Notes: generated by a model not told the origin, from the letters alone. A DNA stretch of 62,911 nucleotides, filler included, from Octopus bimaculoides (GCF_001194135.2; 4 parts of 3 records of this genome joined end to end with filler, not necessarily neighbours in it), one strand, 5' to 3'; shown: positions 13,171 through 27,586, numbered from the whole stretch's first letter. Program-made: numbers and translations.

Positions 13171-13530
13171 TTTTATTCTATGTATGTATGTATGTATGTA
13201 TGTATTCCTGAGACTACGACCCATATTGCCACTGAATATCTTGCCCTGGTTTGTCTCTGGATCGTGTTAGTAGGGTGGACAGGGTTTGTGAGGTAATGTC
13301 GAAGCCTTATTGGACCTATCATTTTAACTTGTGCAATCGCCGGTGAGGCAACTATCCGATCTCCGGTTGAGTAGGAGGGCGCCGCGCCGAGCATGGAAGC
13401 CGAGGACGCGAACCCGGATGAAGCCGACTGCTAGTGCAATAACCGCTTACACTGACATTTTGCATAGGAAATGGACAGTATGGCCCTCCTCGGTCACGAC
13501 TGGGCAGCCATTATCCCATTATCCTCGTTT

Positions 13531-13630
13531 NNNNNNNNNNNNNNNNNNNNNNNNNNNNNNNNNNNNNNNNNNNNTTAATTAATTAANNNNNNNNNNNNNN
13601 NNNNNNNNNNNNNNNNNNNNNNNNNNNNNN
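13531..13630. other. Artificial scaffold spacer (44 N + TTAATTAATTAA + 44 N)
   Basis: Exactly 100 bp; the palindromic 12-mer gives stop codons in all six frames; identical at three sites. Confidence 0.95.
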
Positions 13631-13900
13631 CATTATGTTAAATGAATTGCTCTCACCAATTAATTTAAACTTTTGAAGCAATGAGTTGTCAGGCTTTGAT
13701 GTACATATTGGTATGTTTGATGTAAGACCGTCCGGTATAACTTTTTCTTGTTTGCATCTTTCCAGAAAGGATAGGTGGCTCTTGATTCTAGCACGAAAAC
13801 GATTAAGTTTTTTCACTGACAGAAATGTCGATTTCTCAATTTCTGATTCATATTTGAATGGTACGAAGTCCATTGGTCCAGGATTGGGTTCAACACTGGG
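13631..13900 (-). pseudogene. Probable Penelope-like element ORF N-terminus preceded by a 2A-like motif (SVEPNPGP-M)
   Basis: VEPNPGP at 13874-13894 immediately followed by ATG; HLSFLERCKQEKVIPDGL resembles the H-x-x-FL-x-x-C-x5-IP-x-GL motif I recall from Penelope/Neptune N-termini; cut by the scaffold end. Confidence 0.55.
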
Positions 13901-13917
13901 TTGTTGTTTTTGTTGTT

Positions 13918-14660
<743 letters not shown>

Positions 14661-14696
14661 TCTTACTAAGCCATAATTTCCACATCATCATCATCA

Positions 14697-14739
<43 letters not shown>

Positions 14740-14751
14740 TACTACTATTAC

Positions 14752-14825
<74 letters not shown>

Positions 14826-14863
14826 ATTATTATTATTTCTATTATTATTATTACTATTATTAC

Positions 14864-14909
<46 letters not shown>

Positions 14910-14930
14910 GTTGTTGTTGTTGTTGTTGTT

Positions 14931-15075
14931 GTTCAGTAGTTTTATTTTTATAACGTGCTTTCACTTCACTACCGAGCGCAGCTCTGTGTGCCTTGGGTAT
15001 GTGCTGTGGTTTGCTGTGATGCTCTTATGGTTACTGTATTGAAAGTGTTTTGTGTAGGATGTGTGCATTGCCCAA
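14931..15075 (-). mobile_element. R4/Dong family A 3' end
   Basis: Same terminal UTR; abuts the (ATT)/(GTT) microsatellite at 14690-14930. Confidence 0.85.
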
Positions 15076-15800
15076 TTACTGTAAAGTTGCTGTGGCATTC
15101 TCTTTAACAAAACCGTTATTTGTGATGATTTCCTCCTTTCTTTGATAATAAGATAGAGATTGATATGAATAATACTGTAGTAAAGACATACGTATGATAC
15201 AGGATTTGAGAAGGTTGCTGTTTCCGTGTTTATTATTGTCTTTGTTGGAGCATGTAGTGGCTTTCATGCTTATGCTCTCAATGATATTGTTCGTGTCGAA
15301 GAGCAACAATAGCTTTCCTTTATATTACAAGAATCTTTCAGGGTAGCTCCAAACTGGTTTTGGCCAATTGTGATCAAAGACGTTCTGGCAGAGATAATAA
15401 AACCCCGTTCATTCTATACATACTGTATATAAGACTACATATTTTACCAATGTGGACTACATTGTGAAATACCTTAAGACATTTAGCTGCTGAGTCATGC
15501 AGCTTCAGTGGCTATCTAGAAGTCACTATGTTGTTTTGACTGGCAATGGTGGTAATAATGATGGTGGTGCTGGTGAGGAAGATGACGGTGACAATGTTCG
15601 TTGCAGCAGTTATAGTGAAAGTTAGGTGAACATGATTGTGGCGCTTTTAAAACGACACAAGAAAATGTGGTATAGGCATCCATCCATCAATCCATCCATC
15701 CATCCATCCATCCATCCATCCATCTATACAAATACACACTCGTAAATACAGATATGTACACATGAGCATATATATATTCATATACATATATGTGTGTGGT

Positions 15801-15889
<89 letters not shown>

Positions 15890-15893
<4 letters not shown>

Positions 15894-16110
15894 TGTGTGC
15901 TTCGTTGTGATTCTGTTTGTCCCTATCCACTGTTTTACAGCCAAGGCTGCTTTGCTTACAGCCGCTTAATTTTACGCTTCGGCAAGGAAAAAAATAAGAT
16001 AGAATAATTATCACGCTTAAAAAGTAATTACTGGGTCCATTTACTGGACTAAGCTTTAGAGGGCAGTGCTCTAGCATGGTCGTAGTCCAATAACTGAAAC
16101 AGATAAAAGA
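15890..16110 (-). mobile_element. SINE family 4, 3' half
   Basis: TGCTCTAGCATGG..GTCCAATAACTGAAACAG end, as in 24295-24480 and 61780-61940. Confidence 0.65.
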
Positions 16111-16233
16111 TACAAGATAATGATAAAAGATACATATACATAGATGTACATGCACACATACACACATATATATACATAGTACTCACATAGATATATTCAT
16201 ACATACATGTGTATATGTGTGTGTCTGCGTGTT

Positions 16234-16273
<40 letters not shown>

Positions 16274-16499
16274 CACACACATGGTGGCCTTTTCACTGGT
16301 TTTGCTACTTGTGTTGCATATGAGGTGATACCATAATAGATGGTTGTTTCAACGTATATATATCATAGGTAAGGACAATTATACGGAAGACAGACAAAGG
16401 GGATACGTGACGTGACTTCAATACCGAGAACGTCAAAGCACACCGCTTTACTATTTAACATGTTCGTGGTATGACTACGATGATGAAGAATATTGGTGT

Positions 16500-17275
16500 A
16501 ATTGTTGATGTTGTTGTTGTCGTTTTTAGCGGTAGTAGTGAAAGTATGGATGGTGTTGGCGAAGGTGGTGGTGGTGCATAGCAATGATTATGGTTGTGAT
16601 TATTGTGACGGTGGTGGTTGTAGTGATCAGTGTGATGGTGTTCTTAGCTGTTTTGTGTGATACTGGCTCTGAATATCGTAATGAAGGAAGGTGGTACTAT
16701 TGTTTGTGACAGCTTTGGTTGTAGTGGTGGTAGTTTTGGCAGTGATAGTAATGGTGGCAGTTTTGAAACTTTGAGGGTAGCCACTGATAGGGAATCTAAT
16801 GGTGGCGGCGGTGAGTGTGTTGGTGTTGTTGTTAGTAGTATTGATTTTGATGGTGATTCTGGAATTGGAAGTAGTGATTGTGGTTGTGGTTGTGGTTGTG
16901 GTTGTAGTAGCGGTGGTGACTTGTTGTGGTAGTGGTTGTAGTGGTGGTGGTTGTGGTGGTGGTTGTTGTGATGGGAGTGGTAATGGTGGTTGTAGTGGCG
17001 ATTGCTGCTGTAGTGGCAGTGGCGATTGTGGTTGTGGTGGTGGTGGTGGTGGTGGTTGTGGTAGTGATTGTGNNNNNNNNNNNNNNNNNNNNNNNNNNNN
17101 NNNNNNNNNNNNNNNNNNNNNNNNNNNNNNNNNNNNNNNNNNNNNNNNNNNNNNNNNNNNNNNNNNNNNNNNNNNNNNNNNNNNNNNNNNNNNNNNNNNN
17201 NNNNNNNNNNNNNNNNNNNNNNNNNNNNNNNNNNNNTGCTGGTGGTGGTGGTGGTGGTGGTAGTAGTTGTAGTTG
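16500..17275. repeat. Compound trinucleotide microsatellite (GGT/GTT/GTA/GAT) with gap
   Basis: Read directly; explains the poly-T/H/P/V/G ORFs in the track. Confidence 0.9.
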
Positions 17276-19155
17276 GCTGTCCGTCGTAGGTCGACATTGA
17301 CCGTTCTTTTCCGCCAAACATCGTTTTGGACGGTGTGAAAGGCAGTTGGCATGTCCCACTACCAGACTGCCTCCTTGCGCCCTCCACCGGAGGTACCAAG
17401 TTGTGTACAAGAGTGCAATAAGGATGGTCGACTATAAGGTTGTCTTACAGCTCATTTGTTAGGTGAAAACCCAACTATTGTGTGATTGTACAGATCTTCC
17501 GCTTAGCCACAATAACCTTCAAGCCGTTGGCCGTTATCCAGCGCCTTGCTTCTGACGTATTCACTTTATCCCTGGCACGGAAGGCTAAGGGATTGATATC
17601 ACTTCCCCGAGGCACCACACCAGTCTGCGGTTGGAAGGAGCAACTTACTCTCCATTTAAGGTCGGCCACTGATGTGGGTGCCGTACTGTACTCAGTTGTT
17701 GTAGTAAGTGATCAATGAATGAAGAAATAAATATGCCCACCTTCGTAACTTGAGACAGTCGCCACTACTCACTAAACGCTACAAATTCGTCTTTCAGCCC
17801 AACTCTCTGTCAACCCCTTCCTGTCTAGTCCTTGATAACATCACACTCTCTTTGTCTTCCTTACATAACATTCAAATCCATTTGCTATCCACCTTGATTC
17901 CACGGTTAGGAGCACAAAGGTACCTATTGTATTTATCATGACGTGATTTCCGATGAACGGTCAATGGAAAATAGAAACCTTAGTGGTGCTTCTTTTAAGT
18001 TAGTTTAATTCGACGATTGCTTGAATCAAGTTTCTGTGTGCATAAAATTGATAACATGTGAAGAATATGGTCGTTAGTTTGCTTCGTGTGTGCACGCGTG
18101 TATGTTTATGTGCGTAAATGTTTGCATGTATGCAAGCACATGCTGAGAGCGATTTATTTAATATTTTGGAGATAAAAGACAAGAATTGTTAGAAATTGAA
18201 GAAATTAGAGAAAATACTGATTAAATTACTATTAAAATAGACCAAGCCACGAGTCCATTTTTGCTTTTATTTCTGTCACGGTATAGGAATGTGGAAAGGG
18301 ATAGCAGTAGTTGTGCAGAGAAATATAGAAAACGGAGAAATACAATATTATGGTTAGATAACATAGATAGATATATAGAAAAACACAAGATTCATTGTGT
18401 CTGGTTATAGGGGTAGAGAAAGAAAGAATGAGAGAAAGATTGAGAAATCAATGTGGAGAGTGGAAAAGGAAGAGAAAATGCAGGACCCGTTTGCAATTGA
18501 GGGAAAACAGGGAAATAGTGAAAGATAGAAAATAATGATATATGTGAGTGAAAGAGAACAATGAAAGAAAGTGCGTATGTCAGTGAGTGTGTGATATTAA
18601 TGAAATGAGAGAAAATACTGATCTACTTATATACATAATGAGAAATAGCAGACATAATGAAGCAGTAAGAGACAGAATGATAGTAACAAAAAATGTGAGT
18701 GAATGAGCGAATGAGTGAGACAGTAGGATTATTGAAACGAACAGACTTTTGACTTACACGAAAGGTCGAGTATATAGAGAAAGTCCAATATAATAAGAAA
18801 TTGTCAATCATAGAGAAACGGAACTACTAGTCTTGGAACTTCAGGAACAGGATGATGATGATTATTATTATTAGAGGGGCGTGAATGTAGGATTTGAGAT
18901 GAAGCATAGACAAATCCTGCGGAAGAAAGGACAACAAGAATCAGAAATACACGAAGAATAAAAATAGCTGTAAGAAGACAGGAGGAATATAAAGCTTTAA
19001 AGCAAGGAGATTAAGAATTACTGAAAGGAAACTAAAATAAATGCGGTTAGCTTCTACTAGTTCGCTCGCTGTAACCACACACACACACGGACACGCATAC
19101 ATACGCACGCACACACACACACACATGCACACACTCACACACACACAAGCATACA

Positions 19156-19212
<57 letters not shown>

Positions 19213-19219
19213 TAATAGT

Positions 19220-19797
19220 AATGGTAAGACAACAAAAGAATGACAGAGACCTCAATATTATGTAAATAGAGGAATTTATCTGTAATATTTGTGACAATTA
19301 TTCAGTTGCCATAATAAGACTGAGTTTCGGATGTCGTGGCGGAAAGCCGCTCTGGCACCTCGTCAATTATCGAAGCAATCAAAAAATGCTATGAAAATGA
19401 CCGTTAAATAAGGGGAAAAAACCGAAGGGGAGGAAGTAAAAAGTAAAGGAGTAAAAATGCTCTTAGCAATCGCGTATGCACGCAGGTGAATACACATGCG
19501 CACAGGTGCATACACATGCGCGCACGCACAATCACGTACATGCGCCTATATGCATATGCTCACTCACACTCGCATGAAACACATACATGTGCACCCACAT
19601 ATACGCCTATAGATCCACATATATATGCAACCATGCACGTACACGTATACATATCCACACACGCGCGCGCGTGCGCGCACACACACATCCATATACCCAT
19701 ACGCGCACATTTATATTCAACGAGATGCCCCGACATTCGAAACTCGGAGTCTTATTATGGTAACCGAATAATTGTCACATATTTTATTACATATATA
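19220..19797 (-). mobile_element. Hammerhead-bearing Penelope-type pseudo-LTR element (family H1) with short inverted copy at its 5' end
   Basis: 19290-19340 is the inverted copy of 19730-19779; homologous, including 19220-19290, to 42869-44322; CA/TG-rich body. Confidence 0.7.
19313..19371 (-). ncRNA. Type I hammerhead ribozyme candidate (H1)
   Basis: GAUAA-UUGACGA-GGUG..CAUC-C-GAAA-CUCAG-UC/UUAUU: stems I, II and a short III, GUC cleavage triplet, C3U variant. Confidence 0.7.
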
Positions 19798-19897
19798 NNN
19801 NNNNNNNNNNNNNNNNNNNNNNNNNNNNNNNNNNNNNNNNNTTAATTAATTAANNNNNNNNNNNNNNNNNNNNNNNNNNNNNNNNNNNNNNNNNNNN
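19798..19897. other. Artificial scaffold spacer
   Basis: 44 N + TTAATTAATTAA (19842-19853) + 44 N. Confidence 0.95.
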
Positions 19898-20870
19898 CTA
19901 GAAAACTATTATAAAATATCCACCATAGGACTGCAAAAATACCTACTCCAGAAACAAGGAAAACTAATACAAATAGCCACAAAATACGAGCAAAACAAAA
20001 AACTGTTTTCAGTATCTAAGGAAGCTGACAAATACAAACAAGAAATCAATCTACCTAACAAATACGAAGAAGAAGAAGAAGAAGAAGAAGAAGAAGAAGA
20101 AGAAGAAGAAGAAGAAGAAGAAGAAGAAGAAGAAACAGCAAAAGCTATAAAACAAATGAAATCCAAACTAAAACTAGAACAGCAACGGACCATGATAAAA
20201 CGATGGCAAGAAAAGCCCCTACATGGTAAATACTGGGCTAAATAAATGCAAAAGAAATAGACAGAGAAAAGGCCCAACAATGGTTGAGAAACCCAGGACT
20301 CAAAGCAGAGACTGAAGGATTTTTAATTACTGCACAAGACAAGAGCCTCCCCAACAGAAATTACCAAAAACACACAATGAAAAGAAACATAACAAGTAAC
20401 TGTAGAATATGTGGAGATCGACAAGAAACAATAAATCATATTATCTCTGGCTGCCCAGTCCTGGCTAAGAAGGAATATATTCACAGACATGACAGAGCTG
20501 GGACCTATATACACTGGAAGCTATGCCAACACTATGGAATAACAACAGAAAAAAGATGGTATAAACACACGCCAGAAAAGGTCACAGAAAACGAGAAAGC
20601 AACCATACTCTGGGATATGCCAATACACACATATAGAGAAATTAAGGCAAATAGACCAGATATAGTTGTNNNNNNNNNNAAACACCAGGACTTACAAATA
20701 TATATAACATACAGAAAATTGCACTACTGGGTACTGCACACATTCTACGCAAAACACTTTCAATACAGTAAACATAAGAGCACCACAGCAATCCACAGCA
20801 CATACCCAAGGCGCACAGAGCTGCGCTCGGTAGTGAAGTGAAAGCACGTTATAAAAATAAAACTACTGAA
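19898..20870 (+). mobile_element. R4/Dong family A, post-RT region, CCHC finger, RLE start and 3' UTR
   Basis: KPLHGKY, GLKAETEGF..AQD, CRICGDRQETINHIISGC (C-x2-C-x8-H-x4-C), LWDMPIH..NRPDIV; followed by (AAT)n/(GAT)n. Confidence 0.9.
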
Positions 20871-20872
20871 AA

Positions 20873-20916
<44 letters not shown>

Positions 20917-20920
20917 AATA

Positions 20921-20976
<56 letters not shown>

Positions 20977-20977
<1 letters not shown>

Positions 20978-21490
20978 CAGTGTCAGGCATTGGCTCTCAT
21001 GGCTTCTGATCTTAGCTGATTGGAAGTGTTATCATATACGATGTTTTGTCTTGGTATAAAAGATGGGCTATAGCAAATATTCTGCTCAATACCACAGACA
21101 TTTGCTTGTCATTTGCTTGACCCTAACCAGACGATATGTGTATCTCTGATCACGAGCAGAAGTAGTGGGAGAGCATCATAGCCACGTGAGGAATTCTTTG
21201 GGGTTTCGATAGTTCACCTTTGGAAACATGGGTGTTTCGTTCAACATCCTTAAACAACCCTTATTAAAGCACCTTTTGAGCGGGATGGACTACTGGACTT
21301 GAAGAAAATTCTAACTGAGTCCCACCTGCAATGTCATGCGCTGTTTATCTTGATACGAGATGACTATGTCACGCACATTTGGCTCTGATGCCTGGTGTAC
21401 CCTTATCAGACAGTAGTCATGATGGGTATACTGGGCTTCGTGTCTTTTACCCCAGTGCCATTTTGATGGCATGCCCTGCTCTCTCACTCA
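20977..21490. mobile_element. Non-coding interspersed element bounded by trinucleotide repeats
   Basis: Homologous to 58125-58460 (same strand) and 61265-61655 (opposite strand); ends CTCTCTCACTCAATAA. Confidence 0.75.
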
Positions 21491-23269
21491 ATAAGAATAA
21501 TAGTAAGTCTCTGGCTGAGACCCGCTCGGAAGCTAAAATAAAATGCAAATCAATCAGAAAATAACTGGTATTTCACATGTATTGAGAAGAACATTATCAC
21601 TGTGGGAACGCTAATCTTCCATGTAAATAATTTTGTTTCTGTACACAACTTATGTATTTCTGGTAGCAAATTGATTATTTTTATTTTTACCACCCACTGG
21701 CTAACGCATATTAGTATGAGGTCTAGTTACTCACTCTTTAGAGTGTTACCGAATCTTCCCGTAGAAGAAATCTCATCTCTGCCGAAACTTCTCCCATCAG
21801 ATAGGTTTTGGTCTACCTGAATGTTTCAATGCACTTTTCATTTGCTCTACGTTTCTAGTTTTCAGTCATATATTTCTGTGTAGAACCTTTTCTGTGCATC
21901 CTCCTGGATCTATTGTGGTTTTTTAGAGGACATTGTTCTTCCATTCTTGGTTAAAGAACTTTTAGCATTTTTCGAATTTTGTCGAAATAACGAATGCAAG
22001 AATAAATTATTCTCGCATTCGAACTGCGTTAGTGAAGTTGTTACCAGCAAGGCTTGCTAGACGCGGTATTAGCGTTATGCATGCTGTTGATGCTGGTGGT
22101 AGCAGCGGTGGTGGCAGTGGTAGTGATTGTGTCAACAGATGTGTAATATAAATACCTACAATGCTCAATTCATGTTGTAGAAATAATAAACAAATGCTTT
22201 TGGTAATAGACTTTTAAAATCACTATTGACTTGAAGTTAAACAACAATAACAATAATAAAAACAAGAACAACAACAAAACATATATCTCTCCATGTGAGG
22301 GCTTAGAAAAACTACGCATGAGAATCGAGTCACGTGTCATCACCACAGCAAATTATAAGAGAATAAGAACCACATATTACAATGATTTATGAAAAGTTTC
22401 ATCATCAAGAGGAAATAGTGGACAGTTTACAACGATTAGTCTCATAATTGAACACTGATTATCTTCCACAGAACGATAGCTTGTCACTCCCTGGTAAGCG
22501 TTACAGCTGTCTAATGGCCAACATCTAAATAACAGCAGCCAATTACAGAACACTCGACTGGAACAAGCCGTTATATTTCGAACAATATATTTTGCTGAAG
22601 AACTTCTTAAACAGGATATCTCATAATTCCGTTGCAACATAATATGGTCAGTAATCCATAATATAGAATAAGCAACATGGTTTTGAGTTCTTGCCAACCA
22701 ACTTTCTTTAACATCATACAATCTATTTCCTTTTTGTTCTGCGTCTTAAGCCTATTTAAATGTAATATCAGAATTAGCATTTTTACTGTGTTGGTTTTCA
22801 AATTTTGATAGTTATCGCTAACAAAATATGCAATCTGATAGCGACCCCTCACTTGAACTGCTTCGCATGCAATTGGATGCCATCAATAAATCATCAATAA
22901 ATACCACAATTTCTAAGTCATCTTCTATAAATGTGACTCACCATTCTTATCAATATTTTCTTCATCAATTTTTTTTATTGAGCATTGGTTATAATCCACT
23001 TTCACATATAGAAACGTTCATATCTTTGTCATGACAGGTTTTCGTTTATTATAGGTCGTCTGCTCCATTGTAATATATAATTATTACATAACAACTGAAA
23101 CTCACTTTTGTTGTTGCATTTTCGAATCTTCGATTCATATCAAATCTGCAATAGTTAAACCTATAAAACTATAAAATGTGGACGTTATCACCAAATTTTC
23201 ATTCCAGTTTTCGCTTGTTTCCTAATATTAGACAAAACAGAGATATCTTTTACTTCTTACTGCCTTATA

Positions 23270-23400
23270 TATAATCCACTCACAAGGCTTTGGTCGGTCG
23301 GAGATTATAGCAAACGATACTTGCACTAGCTGCCACGTAGTGGGAATGACCCCACAACCATGTGGTTGGGAAGCAAGCTTCTTACCACGAAACTACGCCG
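23270..23400 (-). mobile_element. SINE family 4, 5' fragment
   Basis: ATCCACTCACAAGGCTTTGGTCGG...CATGTGGTTGGGAAGCAAGCTTCTTACCAC. Confidence 0.7.
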
Positions 23401-24294
23401 GTGCCTTGTGTGTAAGCTCAAAAAGTAAGTTACTGAACTTGCATGGATTTATAATGATTATTTTCTGTCGCTATGAAATCTTTATCCAGACTACAAAGGG
23501 CGTGGGTTTGGGTTGTTTTTAAGAACTGAAGTAATTTTGAAATATCGTTTACACAACTCGAAGAAAACATTTTGACTAGAGTTGCAACGAAAATGTCTAT
23601 GACAGGCATGGATAACACCCATGTCATATTAAATTCTACATATAACTTAACATAACATCTCCAGGAAGAAAAATTCTTATTTTTATTTGTAAAATTGAAA
23701 TGTTTGTTGAATCCTATTTAGTATAAACCTAAAAGATCTAGGTAACTGATATAGATACATTTCCTTTAAGTATTGTAGAGATGTAAGACCTGCTTGACAC
23801 TTCTCCAAATAACCGACGAGAATACTACTATAATTATCGAAAGGAGGATTGATTAGTTATTTCGATTAATTGGTTACTTGTTTCGGTTGATAACGAAATT
23901 CAATTACTATCGATCTTGCTTACAAGTCACCTATTGATTTTGAACGAAGTATTTTATAGTATTAATTTCTTTCGAAATTTTTATTTTATTAATTTAGTTT
24001 CTAAAACTCTGATGAAAATCAAGGAATGTAAGATTTTTCATCTTGCCAAAATAAAAATCTTCTTTTCTTTTGCTTTTTGGCAAAAAATGAGAGAAAGTGG
24101 ATAAAAATATCTTCAATGCCTTTTCTTTTATGTTCAAGAGAAAGAAAATAGCCAAAATTGATTTATCACACCAGAGAGCTAGTTTAGGGAATATAATAGA
24201 TTTCTTTTAAAGGAAACATTCACATCTCATACACAAGGAAATACTAAGGTTACTGGATTACGATGTATATCTTACAATAAGAAATTACTGGCGC

Positions 24295-24692
24295 AAAAAC
24301 ATTTCTTTTACTTGTTAGTCATTTGACTGAGGCTTTGCTGGAGTACCGCCTTTTAGTCGAAGAAATCGACTTCAGGACTTATTATTTGTAAGCCTGGTAC
24401 TTATTCTATTGAGCTCATACGCCGAACCGCTAGATTACGAGGGCGTACACACACCAACATCGGTTGTCAAGGAATAATGGTAGTGGAACAAACACAAACA
24501 CAAAAACACACACATACATGCATACATACACGGCGGGCTTCTTTCAGTTTCTGCCTACTAAATCCACTCACAAGGCTGTGGTCGGCCTGAGGCTATAGTG
24601 GAAGACACCAGCCCAAGCTGCAACGCTGTGAGACTGAACCCAGAACCATTTGGTTGGGAAGCAAGCTTCTCACCACACAGCCACTCCTGCGC
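24295..24692 (-). mobile_element. SINE family 4, near-complete
   Basis: Reverse strand begins GGCGCAGGAGTGGCTGTGTGGTGAG (A-box-like), with B-box-like GGTTCAGTCTC and an internal CA microsatellite. Confidence 0.85.
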
Positions 24693-25162
24693 CTGTTGAA
24701 TAATTATCCATCTTTTCTTTCATAATTCAGCTTGATTCGAAATATCTATCTTGTTTAATACCCCTTCTCTATCTCTGTTTATGTGTGTACCTGTGTGTGT
24801 CTTCAAATTCTATATTTTTTCAGCTGAAATAGCATTGAATATTCTGGTTATATACAGCTTCATGCAATCGTATTTAATGAGAGAATGAATCGACGAGAGA
24901 ATGTTTGCCATTCCATTGTCATAACATTATTAAAACATTATAGTAACCAAGAGTGCATTTTGCACCAAAAGCCAATATGAGATTTTCTCTCATGGCAGCT
25001 ATTGCAGTATAGCTTGTTCTGACACAACATCTACGTTTGAGTAGGGATAAATATTACATCTCACCATTACGAACTATTATGACATTGATTGTCTTTCCTA
25101 TACCAGTAAATCTTATAAAAGTCGAGCCGATGAATTAACTTTCATATAAAACTAAATTAGTG

Positions 25163-25530
25163 GAGGCGCAATGGCCCAGTGGTTAGGGCAGCGGACTCGC
25201 GGTTTCGATTCCCAGGCTGGGCGTTGTGAGTGTTTATTGAGCAAAAACACCTAAAAGCTCTACGAGGCTCCGGCAGGGGATGGTGGCGAACCCTGATGTA
25301 CTCTTTCACCGCAACTCTCTTACTTCCTGTTTCTGTTGTGCCTGTAAGTCAAAGGGTCAGCCTTGTCACACTGTGTCACGCTGAATATCCCCGAGAACAA
25401 CGTTAAGGGTACACGTGTCTGTGGAGTGCTCAGCCACTTGCCCGTTAACTTCACGAGCAGGTTGTGCCGTTGATCAGATCAACTGGAACCCTCGACGTCG
25501 TAAGCGACGGAGTGCCAACAACAACAAAAC
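25163..25530 (+). mobile_element. SINE family 2 (tRNA-derived, (AAC)n tail)
   Basis: GGCGCAATGGCCCAGTGGTTAGGGCAGCGGACTC..TTCGATTCCC head; reverse copy at 47050-47400. Confidence 0.85.
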
Positions 25531-26297
25531 TAAATTAGCATGTCTATGCTAGGTGGATGAAAAATACGATCAATATCAATAGGATTTGCTCTCAATTCAT
25601 AAATAATTTTCAACATTTCTTGAACAAATTTTAACACGGAAGTATATTTATCTACGCGCATTCTATCTGATTCAATTGCACAAATTAAAGAAAATGGAAA
25701 ATCATCTATACTTTAATTGCATTGTTAAATCTAATTATTCTCATTACATTTTAATTATTGCTACTTTTCAACTATTATTCATTAAAAATATATTTTCATG
25801 TGTATCTATACTTTCTGAAAATTCGTCGTTATATGTAAAAACTCATATCTTTTAATTGTTCAAACAACATCAATTTCTTTTGTACTCAATAACGAATTAT
25901 TTTGACTCTATATTTATAGTCTGAACTTAAAGATTTTTTGTGTTATAATTTTCACTAAATAAGAGGAAATTCGCTTGCATACTTAAATTGTTATGGCATA
26001 AATTCATAGTCTGCTACATTGTTTTCAAAGATCGTTAACAAATCAGCAAAGTACACTCAAAGTAAGCGATTGATAAAACTTCGGTGTCACATAAATAACA
26101 CTCTCACACAGTCAAACACAGACAGTCAAACACAGACAGTCAAACCGAAATAAAAATCTTTTCTTCCCTTGCTTTTTGGTAAAATTCAGAGAAAACGTAT
26201 AAACGTATGTATAAACGTATTTTCAGAAAAAAGAAAATAACCAAAATCAATTATTTATCACCCCCACATATACATACACACACATATATATACATAG

Positions 26298-26384
<87 letters not shown>

Positions 26385-27500
26385 CGCGTCCGCAAATAAG
26401 CTGCATTAAGGACCCTCTTCCATGCACCACAAGTCACATGGCTTTTCTTCCTGAATTCACTATTGTTCTATAGTCTTCAGTGGTCATTAAGATTTGTATA
26501 TCTATATACGTTCACTAATCCACGCGTCCTTTTTACTTAACACTCCCCAGTACTGGATCAAGAGACAACAGTCAGTGTCGTTACCAAACTCCTTTACTGT
26601 AGTAGGTCATCGCAACGTTTATTGTGGTACGAGTTTCTGGACTGACCTGTAACGTACTAGGTTCGCTTGTTTTTTCCCGACTTGCCGCGTCCCCACTTCG
26701 AACATTCCTCATATGACTATATCATTTTTTACCCGGTTGTAGGAGAACACAATTTGTGTCTTTCCAAATGCAGAATTTTTTCTCGCTGCTCGATAAAGGA
26801 CAAGGGTAGAGATACACTTTTCTTTGTCACGCATCTATGCTAAACATATGTATTTTCCCGCCAAATACACTATATCTAGACGTATCTGTCTGAAGTGGCA
26901 CCAATAGAAGAAGGAAGATTGGAAGTGCCTTCCATGTTTCTGAACTGGAACCATTTATTAATGTTGCTCTTTCATTTTCTTTCACAAATGTGTGTGAGTG
27001 TGTGTGTTGTTTTTGTTGTTGATTTGTTTGCTTGTTTGTTATGCAAATTTGATTTTACAAATATCAAATTGCGACTGCCTTGCGAGTGTAACATTTTATT
27101 TCATTATCATTTTTCTTGTTTATGTTTTTTTCTAAAAATTCTGTAAAAATTTTGTAAAAATTCTGTATTTAAAAAAAAATTCTGTATTTAAAAAAAAATT
27201 CATTTTCATGCATTCGAAGATTAAATGACAGTTTCATTTTAATAATGTGTGTTTAGTGCTACATCTTTTGTTTCTTTTAACTCTTACTGCAGCTTTTGTG
27301 GAGAAAGCCATGTTGAAAATATTGTAAACACAATAAAATTTCAGTAAAATGTTAAAGCTGTGTTCAATAAAAGATCTCCCGTTTAACTCACATATAGAGG
27401 TAGACGTCCTGACGATCTAAATGTTTGCAAAATAATCCAATTTCCTTGACAGGTTCATTCACGCCAAAACAAGACAAATGATAATAATAATAATAATAAC

Positions 27501-27572
<72 letters not shown>

Positions 27573-27586
27573 CATAATAATAATAT

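Noticed and set aside
19290-19779. Ginger-type MITE (TGT..ACA ends with an apparent TATT TSD); same idea for 42869-44245
   Set aside because: Homology continues beyond TGTGACA (19220-19290 matches the reverse of 44246-44322), so these are not element ends. The inverted repeats contain hammerheads and fit Penelope pseudo-LTR inversion better.
22377-23034. Minus-strand ORFs with faint TIR-domain or RT-like (VFIDDLL) resemblance
   Set aside because: Motifs are too incomplete to support a call.
25163-25215. tRNA gene
   Set aside because: It is a tRNA-like SINE head lacking a full cloverleaf and continuing into the SINE body.
26400-26710. Additional Tx1 APE remnant
   Set aside because: Composition is suggestive, but no unambiguous motif is readable.
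27388-27480. Possible minus-strand exon ending at a GTGAGT donor
   Set aside because: Short, weak acceptor, and no identifiable peptide.
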